Shown here piece after piece: positions 26,283-44,783 of a DNA stretch of 64,000 bases. The position numbers were made by a program, and so were the translations under genes. Each line of letters opens with the position of its first letter. Position 1 is the stretch's first letter. Origin of the DNA: Chlorokybus atmophyticus (taxonomy: Eukaryota > Plantae > Mesostigma and Chlorokybus algae); assembly GCA_009103225.1 (NCBI GenBank), contig RHPI01001168.1:31308-95307 (forward strand), read 5' to 3'. The notes beneath the pieces were generated by a model. That model saw only the letters and a program-made list of their open reading frames with translations. It did not search any database and was not told the DNA's origin.

Positions 26283-26479
26283 CCAGCTTTCTCGTGCACT
26301 CTGCCTGTGTGCTCAAGTTGTTCTACCTTGAGGCTGTTTACTCTCTCTTCTGAGCTCGGTGACTCTCTCTGACTCTCTCTCAGCTGTGCCAGGTAAGAAG
26401 CAAGCACAGCAAGGGGTGGGGTGGTAGCCTTTGTTTGGGTTGGGAGAAGAGTGGAGGCAGGGGAAGTGGAGTGTGAGCC

Positions 26480-29371
26480 ATGGAGGAGAAGACCGCTGCT
26501 GGTGCTGAGGCTGTGGCAAGCGTGATGGCTAGTGAGAGCGACGGTGGTGCTGCTCTCAATGCAGTGAAGTTGGACGACGACAATAACAAGGACATCATTA
26601 GCAGCAGCGACAACAACCTCAACGACACTGGTAACAACATCACCAGCAGCAATGAGCCCAAGAACAACAACAGCAACAGCAGAATCGTTGTTCGCGCTGA
26701 GTCTGTGCCCCCAAGAGGACGGTGAGACTGGCGCCAACATTCACTCGCACACACACACGCATTCACGCAGCCATGTCTCTTGGTTGCTCACATAGCACAC
26801 ACAAGTACACTTTCATGCCTCAGGCTCCACGTAAGCGAGTCAGATGGCCCCAACCATTCCCGTTCCGGCCAGATGGTTCCTCTGGCGTTGTTACCACCCC
26901 TAACACCTAGCACACGCAACCCCGACTCCAACTCCCGCAAGCTCATGGAGACCAGAAGACCCAACCCATCGACCACCCTCGAGCGCGCCGTCAAGTGGAC
27001 CTTTGACACCGCCAAGTGAGTGGGGAACCTGTTTTGGCACTGTGGTGTGTGGATTGGTTGTAATGAGAGCGTGTTTTGTGCAGCAATGTATGGCTCAAAG
27101 AGAACGTGCGTGTGGTGCTCGACGAGGGCAGACTCCTGTCCGAAGGCAGCATGCGCAAAGGTGACGAGTTGCTTACCTTACCATCCACAACAACAGAAGC
27201 ATCACTCACATGTGTCTCCTCGGCTTCTGGTCTGCAGTGTACAGACTGTATGAACTGGAACAAGATGACGCCCATCAAGACAGTTCTCCCAAGTTCAGCA
27301 GCGTGACAGTCTACGCTGCCAAGTTCATCAAGGCGTCCCTAGGGAGACGCTCAGGGAGCCCAGCGGCATACTTCTCTGGTAAATATGCCACTAGTGTTGA
27401 CTGGCCACAAACCGAAAAGAGCATACTTACACATACATGTGCGCATGTACCTGTGACCTGTATGCACACCTGTTTCGCATGCGCGTGCGCACACTTGAGC
27501 ACACATATGTACGCATGCACGCGCAGATCACGCAGGCATGCATACATACATTTGCGCAAACTCCTGCACCCACACATGCACACAGATACTCACACTCACA
27601 ACTTCACCTTGTTCTGTGTGGTAGATGCGCGCATGCAGTCTGTTGCCGAGTCCTTTGCGCAGGAGTTCAACAGGACCGGCGCGTGCGCGGAGAAGATCGC
27701 CTTCGTACCAACTCAAGTACACTCATCAACCTCACTGAGACACAATGCCACTCACACACTCAGTCCGTGAATTGCACATACACCAACCACTTGTTGTGTC
27801 TGCAGGTCCTGCAGCTGGTGGAGCGGCCTGGAGCCGCGTTGTGCAACATCGAACCACTGCTGGATGGTCGATACAGGTAAGAATGTGTATGTGTGTGTGT
27901 GTGTGCGCGCGCGCGTGTGTGCGTGCGCGTGCGTGTTGGGTGAGAGTGTTGTTGCTTCGTGAGCGGACTAAAGCCCAATGTTTTCTTTTGTGTGTTACAG
28001 GAAGTACAACGACAACGATGGTGGTCAGTATGATGGCGCAGAGGTAGCGCAAGCGTTCAGCCACTTCACATATGAGCATTCGCGCCACACTCTCCTGATC
28101 TGTGACATCCAAGGCAAGGCTGGGATATGTATAACACATCAGCATTCTGTGTTACTTTTTGATACCAACCAGACTTCACACGCGATGTTCACACTCTACA
28201 CACCACCCTGTACGTGTCGTCATCATGAGCCATGCTGTTGGTAGGCGTGGGGAGCTATTACACGGACCCGCAGATCCACAGCGTGAAAGACTCGTCCTCT
28301 GCATACGGCCTCGGCAACTTTGGCGCTCGGGTATGTGTGTGGGTTCTTGACGCTACAAACCGCTGGGGTGTATGCTGCGGTGATACGCTACCATGTGTTT
28401 CTTGTTCTTGTTCTTGTTCCATTGCTCAGGGCATTGCGAGGTTTTTCGCTACGCACCGATGCTCGTCCCTCTGCCGTGCCATGGGCCTCCCCACCACCTC
28501 CACCCTTACTTCAACCCGCTCAGTGAGTCTGACTACCAACCAACCTCCCAGAAAACAATATGGAGGTGAGACCAGCTCGCGCAAACAGACATGCATACGC
28601 GCACACATGCATATGCACATGCGGGCGCACATGAATGCCCTTGAACTTTGCTTTCAAGCACACGCTGCTACGCATGCATACTTGCACAAGCGCACACATG
28701 TGCTCCTGTACGTGTACGTGCGCGCGCGCGCGCGCGTGCGTGCGTGCGCAGGCACGGGCATGCATCCACGCACACGCACACACGTGTATATACAGAGACT
28801 CTCACACACGCATCCCTTCACACCCATCCACCCTCATCCCCACACCTTGTTCGTCCCAGGCTATCAAGTCCCGAAAGACCAGCGTCACCAGCAGTCCCTC
28901 GAGCGTGCTCTTCGTGAGCGTTGCGCCGCGCCGGTGTGGGACCCCGCGCATCGGACGGCGCAGAGGAGACTCGCTCAGGGGGAAGGGTACATACGCCTGG
29001 CGGCGGACATGATAGGGGACAGGAAGCTATACGCACGTGAGAGAGATGTTGTGGTCCCTTGTGACACACGTTTGCGTGCACGCTCGCAAATACACGACCA
29101 CTCACAGACGCGCACTCTCACACACGCACACGCACACGCACAGTCACAGTCACAGTCCCGCACTTTCACACGCACGCGCGCACACACATACACACACACA
29201 CTCACACGCTATCTCACAGCGGCGGACAAAGAGGGAGAGGAGCGTTTGCCGCCGCGCGCGTGGCTGCCGCCGCAGGGAGAGTGCCTGCGTCTCCGCAAGG
29301 CCGTCACAGACGACAAGGACAAGAAGGTGGGTGTTGTGTTAGTGTGGTGTTGGTTGGTTGAGGGATTCTGA
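26480..29371 (+). CDS. Alpha-kinase (eEF2K/MHCK-like); 3' end uncertain
   Basis: ERAVKWTFD, LSEGSMRK|VYRL, YAAKFIK, DARMQSVAESFAQEFN, CNIEPLLDGRY|RKYNDNDG, AQAFSHFTYEHSRHTLLICDIQG|VGSYYTDPQIHS, YGLGNFGARGIARFFATHRCSSLCRAMGL (zinc-binding C-terminus). Confidence 0.92.
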
Positions 29372-29951
29372 CCTTTTTGCAATAAGGTGCCGGACACGTG
29401 TTGGATCCCATCGACGGCGCTGTTCGACAAGTGGGTGCATGCAGGCGGGGAGCTCTTCAGCGACAAGCACAACTGGAGGATGGTGCTCTGATTTGAACCA
29501 ATGTTGGTGTGTCAAGTGTGGTGTGGTTAGTTGGTGACACATGTTGGCTGCTGTTGTTGTTTGCGCGCCGGTTTATCCAACTTCTTAGGCGTGTCACGTA
29601 CTAATTTCTCGCTGTTGTGCTAGCGCTTGCATATCCGCGCATGTGCAAGTGGCTTTGCGTCGTAAAGCATGTCTGCAGCGGCTGTGGTATAAGTTGTGTA
29701 CATGCATCTGCTTGTGTCATTGCCACTACTATACATGCATCAATGTTTGTATCCATGTATGTGTGCATGCATATACGCAACGTGGTAACCATTGCCATGC
29801 GCATGCGTGAAAAGTCATGTCCGTGTTGCACCTACAGCATTTCTCAGAAATACCACTGTCTCAACGAACAGGTGTGCACAAGGCAGTTGCCAATAATTTG
29901 TGGTAAGTTCTGCGTAGTGCATGGACGCTGCACTTGTGTGTGTATCAGCAC

Positions 29952-29954
<3 letters not shown>

Positions 29955-29989
<35 letters not shown>
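29955..29989. repeat. (GA)n microsatellite
   Basis: Direct reading. Confidence 0.9.
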
Positions 29990-29992
<3 letters not shown>

Positions 29993-30580
29993 GAATGACT
30001 GAGAACACAACCTCACAATGCACTCGGCCAGCCCGGGTGTTGCTATGGCACAGCAACATCAGACCACATCATTGATTGCACCCGGAGATAATTGGTTGCA
30101 TGCTAAGTGTGCAACAATGTGTCAACATAGATGTCACCCTCACATGGGTTCTCACATTTCAACTTGTTTGAAGTATCTGCTTGTTCATTTCAGATCCCCT
30201 TGCAAACTTCTCCCCTGGTATGGGTACTAAGCAGCATGAGAAGTCAACAGGCTGTGCAACTGGAGCAGGTGTTTCGTCAACCCTCATAAGGAGAGTGACA
30301 TACATGATGCCATTCATGGATTGCAACAAAGTTATACTAATACCAATACAACCACATACGCCGATGGCCACGGTTCAAATGTAGGAGAAAGTGACAAATC
30401 GACACGGTGACTGACAGAAGGACGATGCATCACTTGCAAGCCTAAACACAATCAATGGACACAGACCCATTAGCCACACAAACCCAACATGTACAGCACT
30501 CTCACAATGCATGCACTTGAACCTGCAAAAACCTACCAAACTTATCTTCGCCAATTTAACTCAACTTGCGAATACGACAC

Positions 30581-31670
30581 TTACCAATACCAACAATAGA
30601 TCATTAAACCTCGCGGTTGATGTTTGCCAATGAAAGCATAGGGCGTGTCAAGAATTAGCTCGCGTTTGGCTTGCCTGCCAAATAGCGCACGATGAGAGAG
30701 TATGTGTGCAATAGCGCACGATCCGATAGCACTGCATGTATAGCAAAGCATCGACGCATGATCTTTTTGCCACACATATTTATGTTTATTGTTGGGGGCT
30801 TCATCAATCAAAGTAAGCTCGCAACTCGCCTATGCCTAAGCGCAGAAAAGTAACCGTAGCTCTGTTGGGTTGAACTAGCGTGTATGTAGCCGACAATGTA
30901 ACTCTAACTCAATGTAGCCCAAATGATGTGGCAAATATCACAATTAGCTTTGCCGACATGATGGTGCCTTGGTTATACGTAGCTTCATAACCCATCAAAG
31001 TGCTACTAATTGATACAAGGTAGTACAATGGTTGCAACGCACACAATTTATCACGCGCCCGTGCACACGCACGGCAACACATGCACGTGTTAGCAGCACA
31101 AATTCTTAAAACCCCTAAGCTCGACGCACACGCACATGCTTACCATCCGTCTTTGATGATCACAAAACGCTTCAACCGCGAGTCTTGTCTCAAGTTTTTG
31201 CTGGATATGCATCAATCCCATAGATACAAAGAGCTATTGGTCTTACGCTGTACGCATGCCCCTCAACTATACCTGCCCTATTGACGCGCTAATTACGCAG
31301 TATGGTTTGAAGTCTTGGCGGAATGTATGTAACGAAACGTTGTGCACTTGACATTGATGACAAGCTTTAACCATGGCAAGTACATACATGGGAGCGAACA
31401 ATGCCTACATTTTTTGGGTTTATAAAAGCGGTTTTGACGTTGTGCATGAAACACCTTTTTGTTGAAGCAGGAGTTCACACACTCACACGCACATATTACG
31501 TTGACTGCGTGCGGCACATAATGCCCCGCACGTTGCTGTTAATGATTCATAAATAATAAGTGTGCCTCACAAAGGCTGCTAGCGGCGATTACTATGGACA
31601 TAAGACACACCCTTTTTCCGTTTTTTATTAACGATGTGTCTGGAACATATCATCTCAATTGCAAAGATAA
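30581..31670 (-). pseudogene. Decayed multi-exon coding unit, copy 1 (identity unknown, possibly TE-derived)
   Basis: Diverged direct repeat of 32880-33740. Exon-like blocks: AGHYVPHAVNVICA, MVKACHQCQVH...DFKPYCVISASIGQ|GT, LRQDSRLKRFVIIKDG, YEATYNQGTIM, CHIIWATL; in-frame stops present. Confidence 0.55.
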
Positions 31671-32879
31671 CGGCAATTGCTGAATTACTTGCTTGGTAAT
31701 ATCGTAAACATTGTAAAGCATTGCAACAACATGCCGCCTTTTGGGCTTATAAGAGTAACCTTGAAAGAAGGCAACTAAACCATTTTTGTCACCTCTGCAA
31801 ATGGGATGATGTGTTCAGAACATGTCGTCAATGAGAGACTGATCAAGAGTGTGTTCTCCTGTAAATTTTTGTGAGAACACCTTTTGTTGAGCGATCATGC
31901 TACACTTTCAGAAATCGAGTGGTGCAGATGTTGTGTGAACAATTTGTAAGTGCTCTGCTTATTTGCCTTACCGTACTACCTTGGAACAGATGGCTTGACG
32001 GAGCGGCTTAACCAAACGCTAAAAAATACAGTGTCCATGTATGTAAGTCAACATCACAAACATTGAAAGAATGTGCTATCAATGGTGATGAGAGGTCATG
32101 TACGGGAGGCCACCACTCCTGCCGGCCGATTTGGATTGATCAGTGGAGTTCAACCAGATATCAGCATCGATGCTGCAGAATGGGGCAAATATGTAGCCAC
32201 ATATTTGCAGCTAGTTTGCTATGATGTCACCGAAAGTTTGCACTGCCGCGATGCGCGGCGCATAGCAACAATAAAAGCGCAATGTAGATGGGTCGCACCG
32301 GGTGGTTGATTAAGACTTGCGCGTCCACAGCATAGGTAGTCACCCGAGGTGTGTTCTCTCATTCAAACCTAACAAGAGAACACTCCCTTTATTAGCCTTG
32401 AATGGGAGCTCCCATTGACACGTGTTCTCCTGTCAATTTTGTGAGAACACACCATTTGTCAGCCTTTCTTGATGACGAGTTCGGAACACATCATCCCAAT
32501 TGCAAAGATGATGTCAATCGCCAAGCAATAATTATTATGTAACGATGGTAGCATTGCAACAACAAGTACTTTTTTGGCCTATAAAGTCACCTGCCCAAAA
32601 TACTAGCTCAGCAATGTTTGTCACCTTTGCAATTGGGATGATGTGTTTCGAACACGTTGTTAATGGGAGGGTAGTGAAGGGTTGTGTTCTTCTATCAATG
32701 TTTAAACATTTATGGAAGAACACACCGCTTGTTAGCCTCCAAATTACAATAATTCTCTTTCAATAATAATTTAATATTGACAAAGCAACAATAAGCAGCG
32801 GCTATAAGAGGGCCTCTTGTGTCTATAAGATCGCGTGTAAAGAAAACTGTAGCTTAGCAATTGCCGCCATGTTTGCACC

Positions 32880-33740
32880 AGTATGTATTCAGCCGACAAT
32901 TTGAACCTCACCCAACGTAGCATAAATAACATGGCAAAAATGATGTTTTCGGTTTGCCATGTTGGCCAACATGATGGTGCCTTTGTTGTAAGCAGCTTCA
33001 TAACATACAATAGTGATATGAATTGTTACAAGGTAATATTATTAATGGTTGCAACGCACAATTTGCCACGCGTGCGTGCACATACGGCAACATGTGCACG
33101 TATTGATAGCACGTACCCAGTTTTAAGACTTACAACCCTTGAAGTCAACGCACACGCACAGGCTTACCATCTGTCTTTAACAATTATAATGCTTTAACCG
33201 CTGATCTTGTCTTAAAGGTTTGTTGGGTATGAATAAATTCCTGTAGATCCAAAACATTATTGTTCTTATGCTGTAGGCAAGCCCCCCAACTATACCTGCC
33301 CAATTGTCGCGCTAATGACGCAATATGGTTTAAAGTCTTAACCAAATGCCGCCAACAAAACCTTGCCAAGGTAGCGGTGCATCTGATGTTGGTGACAAGC
33401 TTGGAGCATATGTATGCATGACACTTTCACAGATACACAGAGGCGATCATGCCTAGTTCTTTGGGGATTTCAACTTGAAAGCGGTCTTGACGTGCATCAA
33501 CCGCATTAAACACCTTTTTATTCAGGGAGGAGTTCACATACTCACACGCACATATGATATTGAATGCGTGCGGCACATCATGCCCCGCACGTTGCCGTTG
33601 ATGATTCGTTTATGATCCATGTGCCCCACATTTGATACTAACGGCAATTACTGTGGACATGAGAACACACCCGGTGGACCTTTGGTAGCTTCCCATTAAC
33701 GACGTGTCAGGAACACATCATTCCAATTGCAAAGATGTTT
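32880..33740 (-). pseudogene. Decayed multi-exon coding unit, copy 2
   Basis: AGHDVPHAFNIICA, QACHQHQMH...*DFKPYCVISATIGQ, LRQDQRLKH (frameshift), YEAAYNKGTIM, CHVIYATL; many differences from copy 1 are synonymous. Confidence 0.55.
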
Positions 33741-34485
33741 GCATGTAGATGACGACAATCGCTGAGCTACCGTTCTGCTTACACGCCATCTTATAAGCAA
33801 AACAGGCTGCTTGTTGTTGTAATGCTTTCATCACGTGCATATCAAGCAGGGCTCATCTTTCTTTAAGAGTTCAAAATGTTGTAACACGCACTGAAGATCT
33901 TCCGCCACCACTTTTAATCATCGTTCCGGTGCTGAACATCATTCCCGGCTTTGCTCTTGCCGTGCTGCTGCGTCGTCAGGTTTCTCCTTTGTTCACCGCA
34001 GTCACTTGCTACATTCGGTACTGTGTTCACCACCTGGCAACTTTAGCCCACCATTTGGATGCCACGTCGTGTTGACAGCTTGTGTTTGTAAGGCGATATG
34101 CGTTGACATAGGTGTATGCAATTATGTAATCCAACTTACCTTGCTACCAATATCCTCAAGAGCTTTAATGATTATAGGACCTTAGCGCATGACATAAGCA
34201 CTGAATGTATGCCTGCACAGAGGCAAACAAAGGGAAACATGAGCAACCAACTCGCAGACCACAACGAGGGAGATGCATGCATGCATGCATGCATGCATGC
34301 ATGTGAGTTGTTTGCGAGCATGCGCGCTGCGCTCTCAGGATATATCTATATCGCAGCCCGGCAATGTTTCTCAAGTCCTCACAATCCTGATTGGTGACAA
34401 GTGCGACACGATCTCAAGGCACAGCATGTTCCACTTGCCACTAAAGACAGTGCCTATGCGTGTGCTGGTACGTTCAAGCTTCAGT

Positions 34486-34572
34486 TGTCTACGCCAACAG
34501 GCATGTCAGCATTTGGGATTGCAGCTTGCAATGTCTGCGCCAACAGGCATGTCAGCATTTGGGATTGCAGCT
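34486..34572. repeat. Tandem duplication of a ~41-bp core (GTCTRCGCCAACAGGCATGTCAGCATTTGGGATTGCAGCT)
   Basis: Two near-identical units with a period of 46 bp. Confidence 0.85.
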
Positions 34573-34724
34573 GTTCAACATGTGCTGTTGTCCAACTGCA
34601 TACTTTCGAAGCATGTTCAACGGATGGTGTGCAAATGTAGTATGTAGCAATGCCCTTTATGTATGTATCCACTCTAACCCTAAGTGCACCTTCTACATCC
34701 CCCTATGTCACCTCCAACACGCTG

Positions 34725-37700
34725 TCACTGCGGCAACAGCGCTTTTTGCGACGTGAACACGTCGTAGTCGCGCGCAGCAAAGGCAGGCACGAAGTCGGCG
34801 TGTCCGGACCGGACCATGATGTTGCGCAGCTGCACGTTGAGCGGGCGAAAGAAGTCCTCCAGTGCCTTGCGCGTGGCGGGCAGCATCTCCTCCTGACGCT
34901 CGCATCCGAGGTGGTGCTCCGAGCCGTCGTTGGCGATCACGGGCTCAAAGGTGGACTCGTCGAAGGGTATGTTTACGAACTCAAACATCTGCAGAGAGAG
35001 AGGCTTTTGAGTAAGAAGGGATTGGACGGCATAGCGTGTGTCCAACTCTATAGGCGCATGCACGCACACACACGCGCGCACGCGTGCACACGCGTGCACA
35101 CGCACGCACATACTCACAATCACAGGCACAGGGAGAACCAAACGCACACGTGCATACCTTGCGCACGGTGCCTTCAGGGTCGCTTTTTAACTTGTCAAAG
35201 TCGATGAACAGGAACTGGTCCGGGCTGAAGTGGTTGAACCACTTGTAGAGTTGCATCGCATGCCATGACTGAACGAACTGGTTGGATCGTCGGCAGCGGC
35301 GATAAGCCTGTACAGTGTTCTATGTGAGATGCAGATCAAAGCGAACAAGTTCACAGACGCTGTGTTTCATTGCTGTTCAAAGCGACAAACTGCGTTGATG
35401 AAAATACTTGAAATGCATTCAAGAAGAACGACTTGCTCATCAGCTGCTGTACTGTGACACACACACGAGGTAATATGTGGTGCAGCAGTGGTTCCTGGTG
35501 CTTAACTTCACGACATCATGACACTCTGGGTGTATGCGTGCGCGTGCGTGCGTACGTGTGTGTGCGTCCATGTGCACGCTATGGACGCGCAAACGCATGC
35601 ACATGTCTGCGCGGGTGTGCATATGCGTGTGTGCCCTGACCTTGGGGAAGTCCCCATCCATGCCAACGGCACGGAAGCACAGGTCCATGCCATCAATCTC
35701 TTTGCGCGCCCACGCATCGAAGTTGGCATCACACGGGACGTATCCTCGCGCCTTGCCAAACCCATTGAAGTACGACATGATTCGGTCCACGGGGTTGCGC
35801 AGCGTGGCAATGAACTTCAAACTTCTCATTGCCTCCAACCCATACACCTGTGCTATTTGCGTCGGCGCGCTGTCACGGCAAAGGTAGCTCGGCGTCCCGT
35901 CCATTACGTAGTACGTCTGCAACACAAGTGTGCGTGGTGTGTCAGCTGCATCAACCTATGTGCTTTGCCATAACCAACTGCGGGCTCAGCGTAGCACACT
36001 GTGCAGTCTTGCCATACCACGCTGTTATTTCATGTTGAGTACTAGCTACTGCAGTTAACATGACACTATGCTACAGAAAGTGACTATGCATCCGCAAGCA
36101 TGGTACGCAGGTCCGATAAGTGCGCTAGAGCGGTACAAAAGTATGCAACGATCAATCAAGCACTTCACACTATTAAATGCCATAGTGTATGTTTGAGTGC
36201 AGCACAAGGTATAGAACCGTGTGTTACACATGCGCTGAGCAAGACCACACATTGTTCGCTGCTTGTCTTATGCTACTGAGCACAGGAACGTGTGTAAGCA
36301 AGAGCACCCTGCGAAAGTGTGGATGTATATCCTACTGCCTTGTGCTGTAGTGGTGGGAGCTACATTGACACCACAGCACTTTGGTACTCTGACATAAACT
36401 ACATCCAGCCCGCATTTACGACCCCAACCGCACCGCCATGCACACGCACGCAATGGCAGCATTTAACAAGTGTGTTGAGATTACCCCATTGTTGGCACTG
36501 GCGCACGTGGGAAAGCGTTTCGCGTACTCGAGCGCGAGCTTCGTCACCGTCCAGCTCGAGTAGTACACCCCAAAGTACTTCTGCTCCTTGGGAAAACTCC
36601 ACACCCTGTTGCCTGCCAATTCACTGCATGCACACAAGGAGACTGCTATCACCAAAACAACAATACCATGTCTGGCTGGTCAATGCAACGTTCTTCAGTT
36701 GTTGCGTGTAATGTACTGCGTGTAATGTGTGTTTACACATGTCTTGTGTGTTGTGATTTCAACTTAAGAAGTCACATAGCTAGGCCCTACCTTACCAGAT
36801 AGGCCCACAGGGTGGAGCTTCCGGCCTTGGGTGTGCCGAACAGGAACAAGTTGGGGAGCAGTCTGTCCTGGTAGCACATCGCCGGAGGCAGCTGCTGCAC
36901 GTGTGTTGTCCTACTCCCTGCTCCTCCTTGCTCTACATCGCTAGCAGTTTGGTTCATCAGCACCAATGAGCCTTGCGCAAACTTCATCTGCAAGAAAACC
37001 TTGAATAAGCGACGTGCAGCACGCAACTGCTGCTAGACGCCAGGAGTTTAGTGCCACGTTTTGTGCCCAGATTGTTTTGTATGACGTGCAGCGATGATGT
37101 ACATTGACACAGTTGTACTGATGACAACTTGACACTTGCTATATTTATATTTAGCGCTACGTTACATTGCTGGTCCTTGAAAAGTCACTTTGTAAGCGTC
37201 ATGTCCTGGCCTCTACAGTAGCCTGCCTCAAGTGAGCTGTGCTATGTGTGGTTTGCCGATGTGACTGATCAAGTCATCAAGTCAGCAAGCCTGTACCTGA
37301 CAGAAGTCTACTTTTCAGTCACTGCCAGTGCAATAATGGAGTCTAAAGTTTTGCCAAGATGGCCTGGTTTCAAAAACTCCGTGCAATGCCAACACAAGCA
37401 CGAATGACCCTATTGACGGACGCATTGTGTGCACGGATGATCTACACACTGCACGCTTTGCTTACTTTGCGGTAGAGCTCTTGCTGCTCTTGTGCGTCGT
37501 CCGAAGCGCGGACCATGCGGGGCAGAACGTTGAAGTCCTGGTCGGCGGTGAGGAGACCCTCCGCCGCCGCCGGCTCGGTTGCTGCCGAGTACGCATTGCA
37601 CAACGTCGCCACGGACGCCAGCGACAACCACCACAGAGACAGCGACAGGCAGCCTGCGACCACACTGCAGAGCCATGTCATATGTGAACCAGAACAAGAC

Positions 37701-37813
37701 AATGCGACAGCCTGCATGGCCATGCAAACCAGGCCTGGCATGGCCAACACAGCGCACAACTCATAGCTAGCTGACCAGCTGCGCCGCCAAGATGCTGCGA
37801 ATGACGCCGTCAT
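34725..37813 (-). CDS. Membrane-anchored sulfotransferase, heparan-sulfate 3-O/N-sulfotransferase-like
   Basis: N-terminal hydrophobic anchor; 5'-PSB motif LPNLFLFGTPKAGSSTLWAYL; KEQKYF; MDGTPSY; 3'-PB motif KFIATLRNPVDRIMSYF; QLYKWFNHFSPDQFLFIDFD; LEDFFRPLNVQL; stop at 34725. Confidence 0.88.
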
Positions 37814-39051
37814 GGCGGCGGTCAGCCTCCGTCACCACCGCCGCCGCCGCCACTACCGCCACCAATGCCACAAAACTCCAGACGTTGCTGACACGTTTCT
37901 AGCACGGGGCCGCAACCCGGCCGTCTCTCCGTCCTGGCGGGCTTGGCCTGGCCTTGGCTTGGCCTGGCCTCAGCTTCAACTTCACCACTGGCTTGGCCTG
38001 AGGTGGCTTGGCTTTTGTGCCGAAGACAGGAACGGTGCGCACGGGCGTGTCTGCACGCATTTGCCGCAGGTACCTCACCTAAGGCCTACACCCGAATCCG
38101 AGGACGTCTCCTGGAAAAGTCGCGGAGTTTTGGCCTATTAAGCATAGGCTTAGCGGCTTTCACCGTTTTCACGGTTTTCCAGGAAACCGCTTTGGATTTT
38201 GTTACAGGGCGTGTTGTTGCAGGCGTTTGTTTCCTGTGCTCGTCGGAATGCCTTGGAGGACAACGTGGGTGCGGAATTCCAGGTTGCGTCCTGGTCACTG
38301 GGAAAACACAATCACCTTGCACCGTGCGAGTCGCAATAGAAGACACAGTGGTCCAAGTGTGTCGACATGACTTAAAGGTGGTCATTTTGACATGATTTGA
38401 GGACGAACATGACCACCTGCAAGTCATGTCACATTACTTGGAAAACGGACGGTGTCAGCACAGGGGTGGTAATCCACATGCGTGGCACAAACACAGTGAC
38501 GGCAGACGCTTGGTAGTTTTGCACGTACACAACATCCACTGCAAGTGCTTGCTTACTGCACCCTGTGTAAATGAGAATTACGTCTCATGTGATCCTGTGT
38601 TGTCCACCACTGCCAAACTGTCACAAGGCAGCCACCATAATCAGAGCGGGGCTTGAACACGAATTGCAATGATGCACAAGCCCGCAAGTCCAGCGGTCTT
38701 GCGTGCCCTTCATTTGCTGAAAGCCCCGGAAATGAGAGCTGAAACGCACAGTAGCAGACACAAGTAGCATACACAAGGTCACAAGCGTACACAAGTAGCA
38801 TACACAGTCTGCCCGCCGCTATCACGACAAGCGTTCGTACAAAAGTAAAGCAAAATAGATGCAAGTGCAGTGCCAGTGTCATAGCAGGCACACTCGCAGT
38901 GACATTTCAGATTTGGGGGGATAAGAGCGGTGCATATGTAAGCTAGTAGAGCTAGAGGCTGTGCTAGGGTGCATATAGGCTACAAGATTTCAATGCGGTG
39001 TTTCACGATGTAACAAGTCAACACTATCCCTAAGAGGCTGACACAGCCTCA

Positions 39052-44783
<5,732 letters not shown>

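Noticed and set aside
28232-29371. 379-aa ORF read as a His/Thr-rich protein
   Set aside because: Read-through of alpha-kinase exons and CA/GT microsatellite introns.
30880-33740. CRISPR-like array from the recurring 24-bp motif
   Set aside because: Eukaryotic context, alternating orientation, irregular spacing, degenerate copies and no cas genes.
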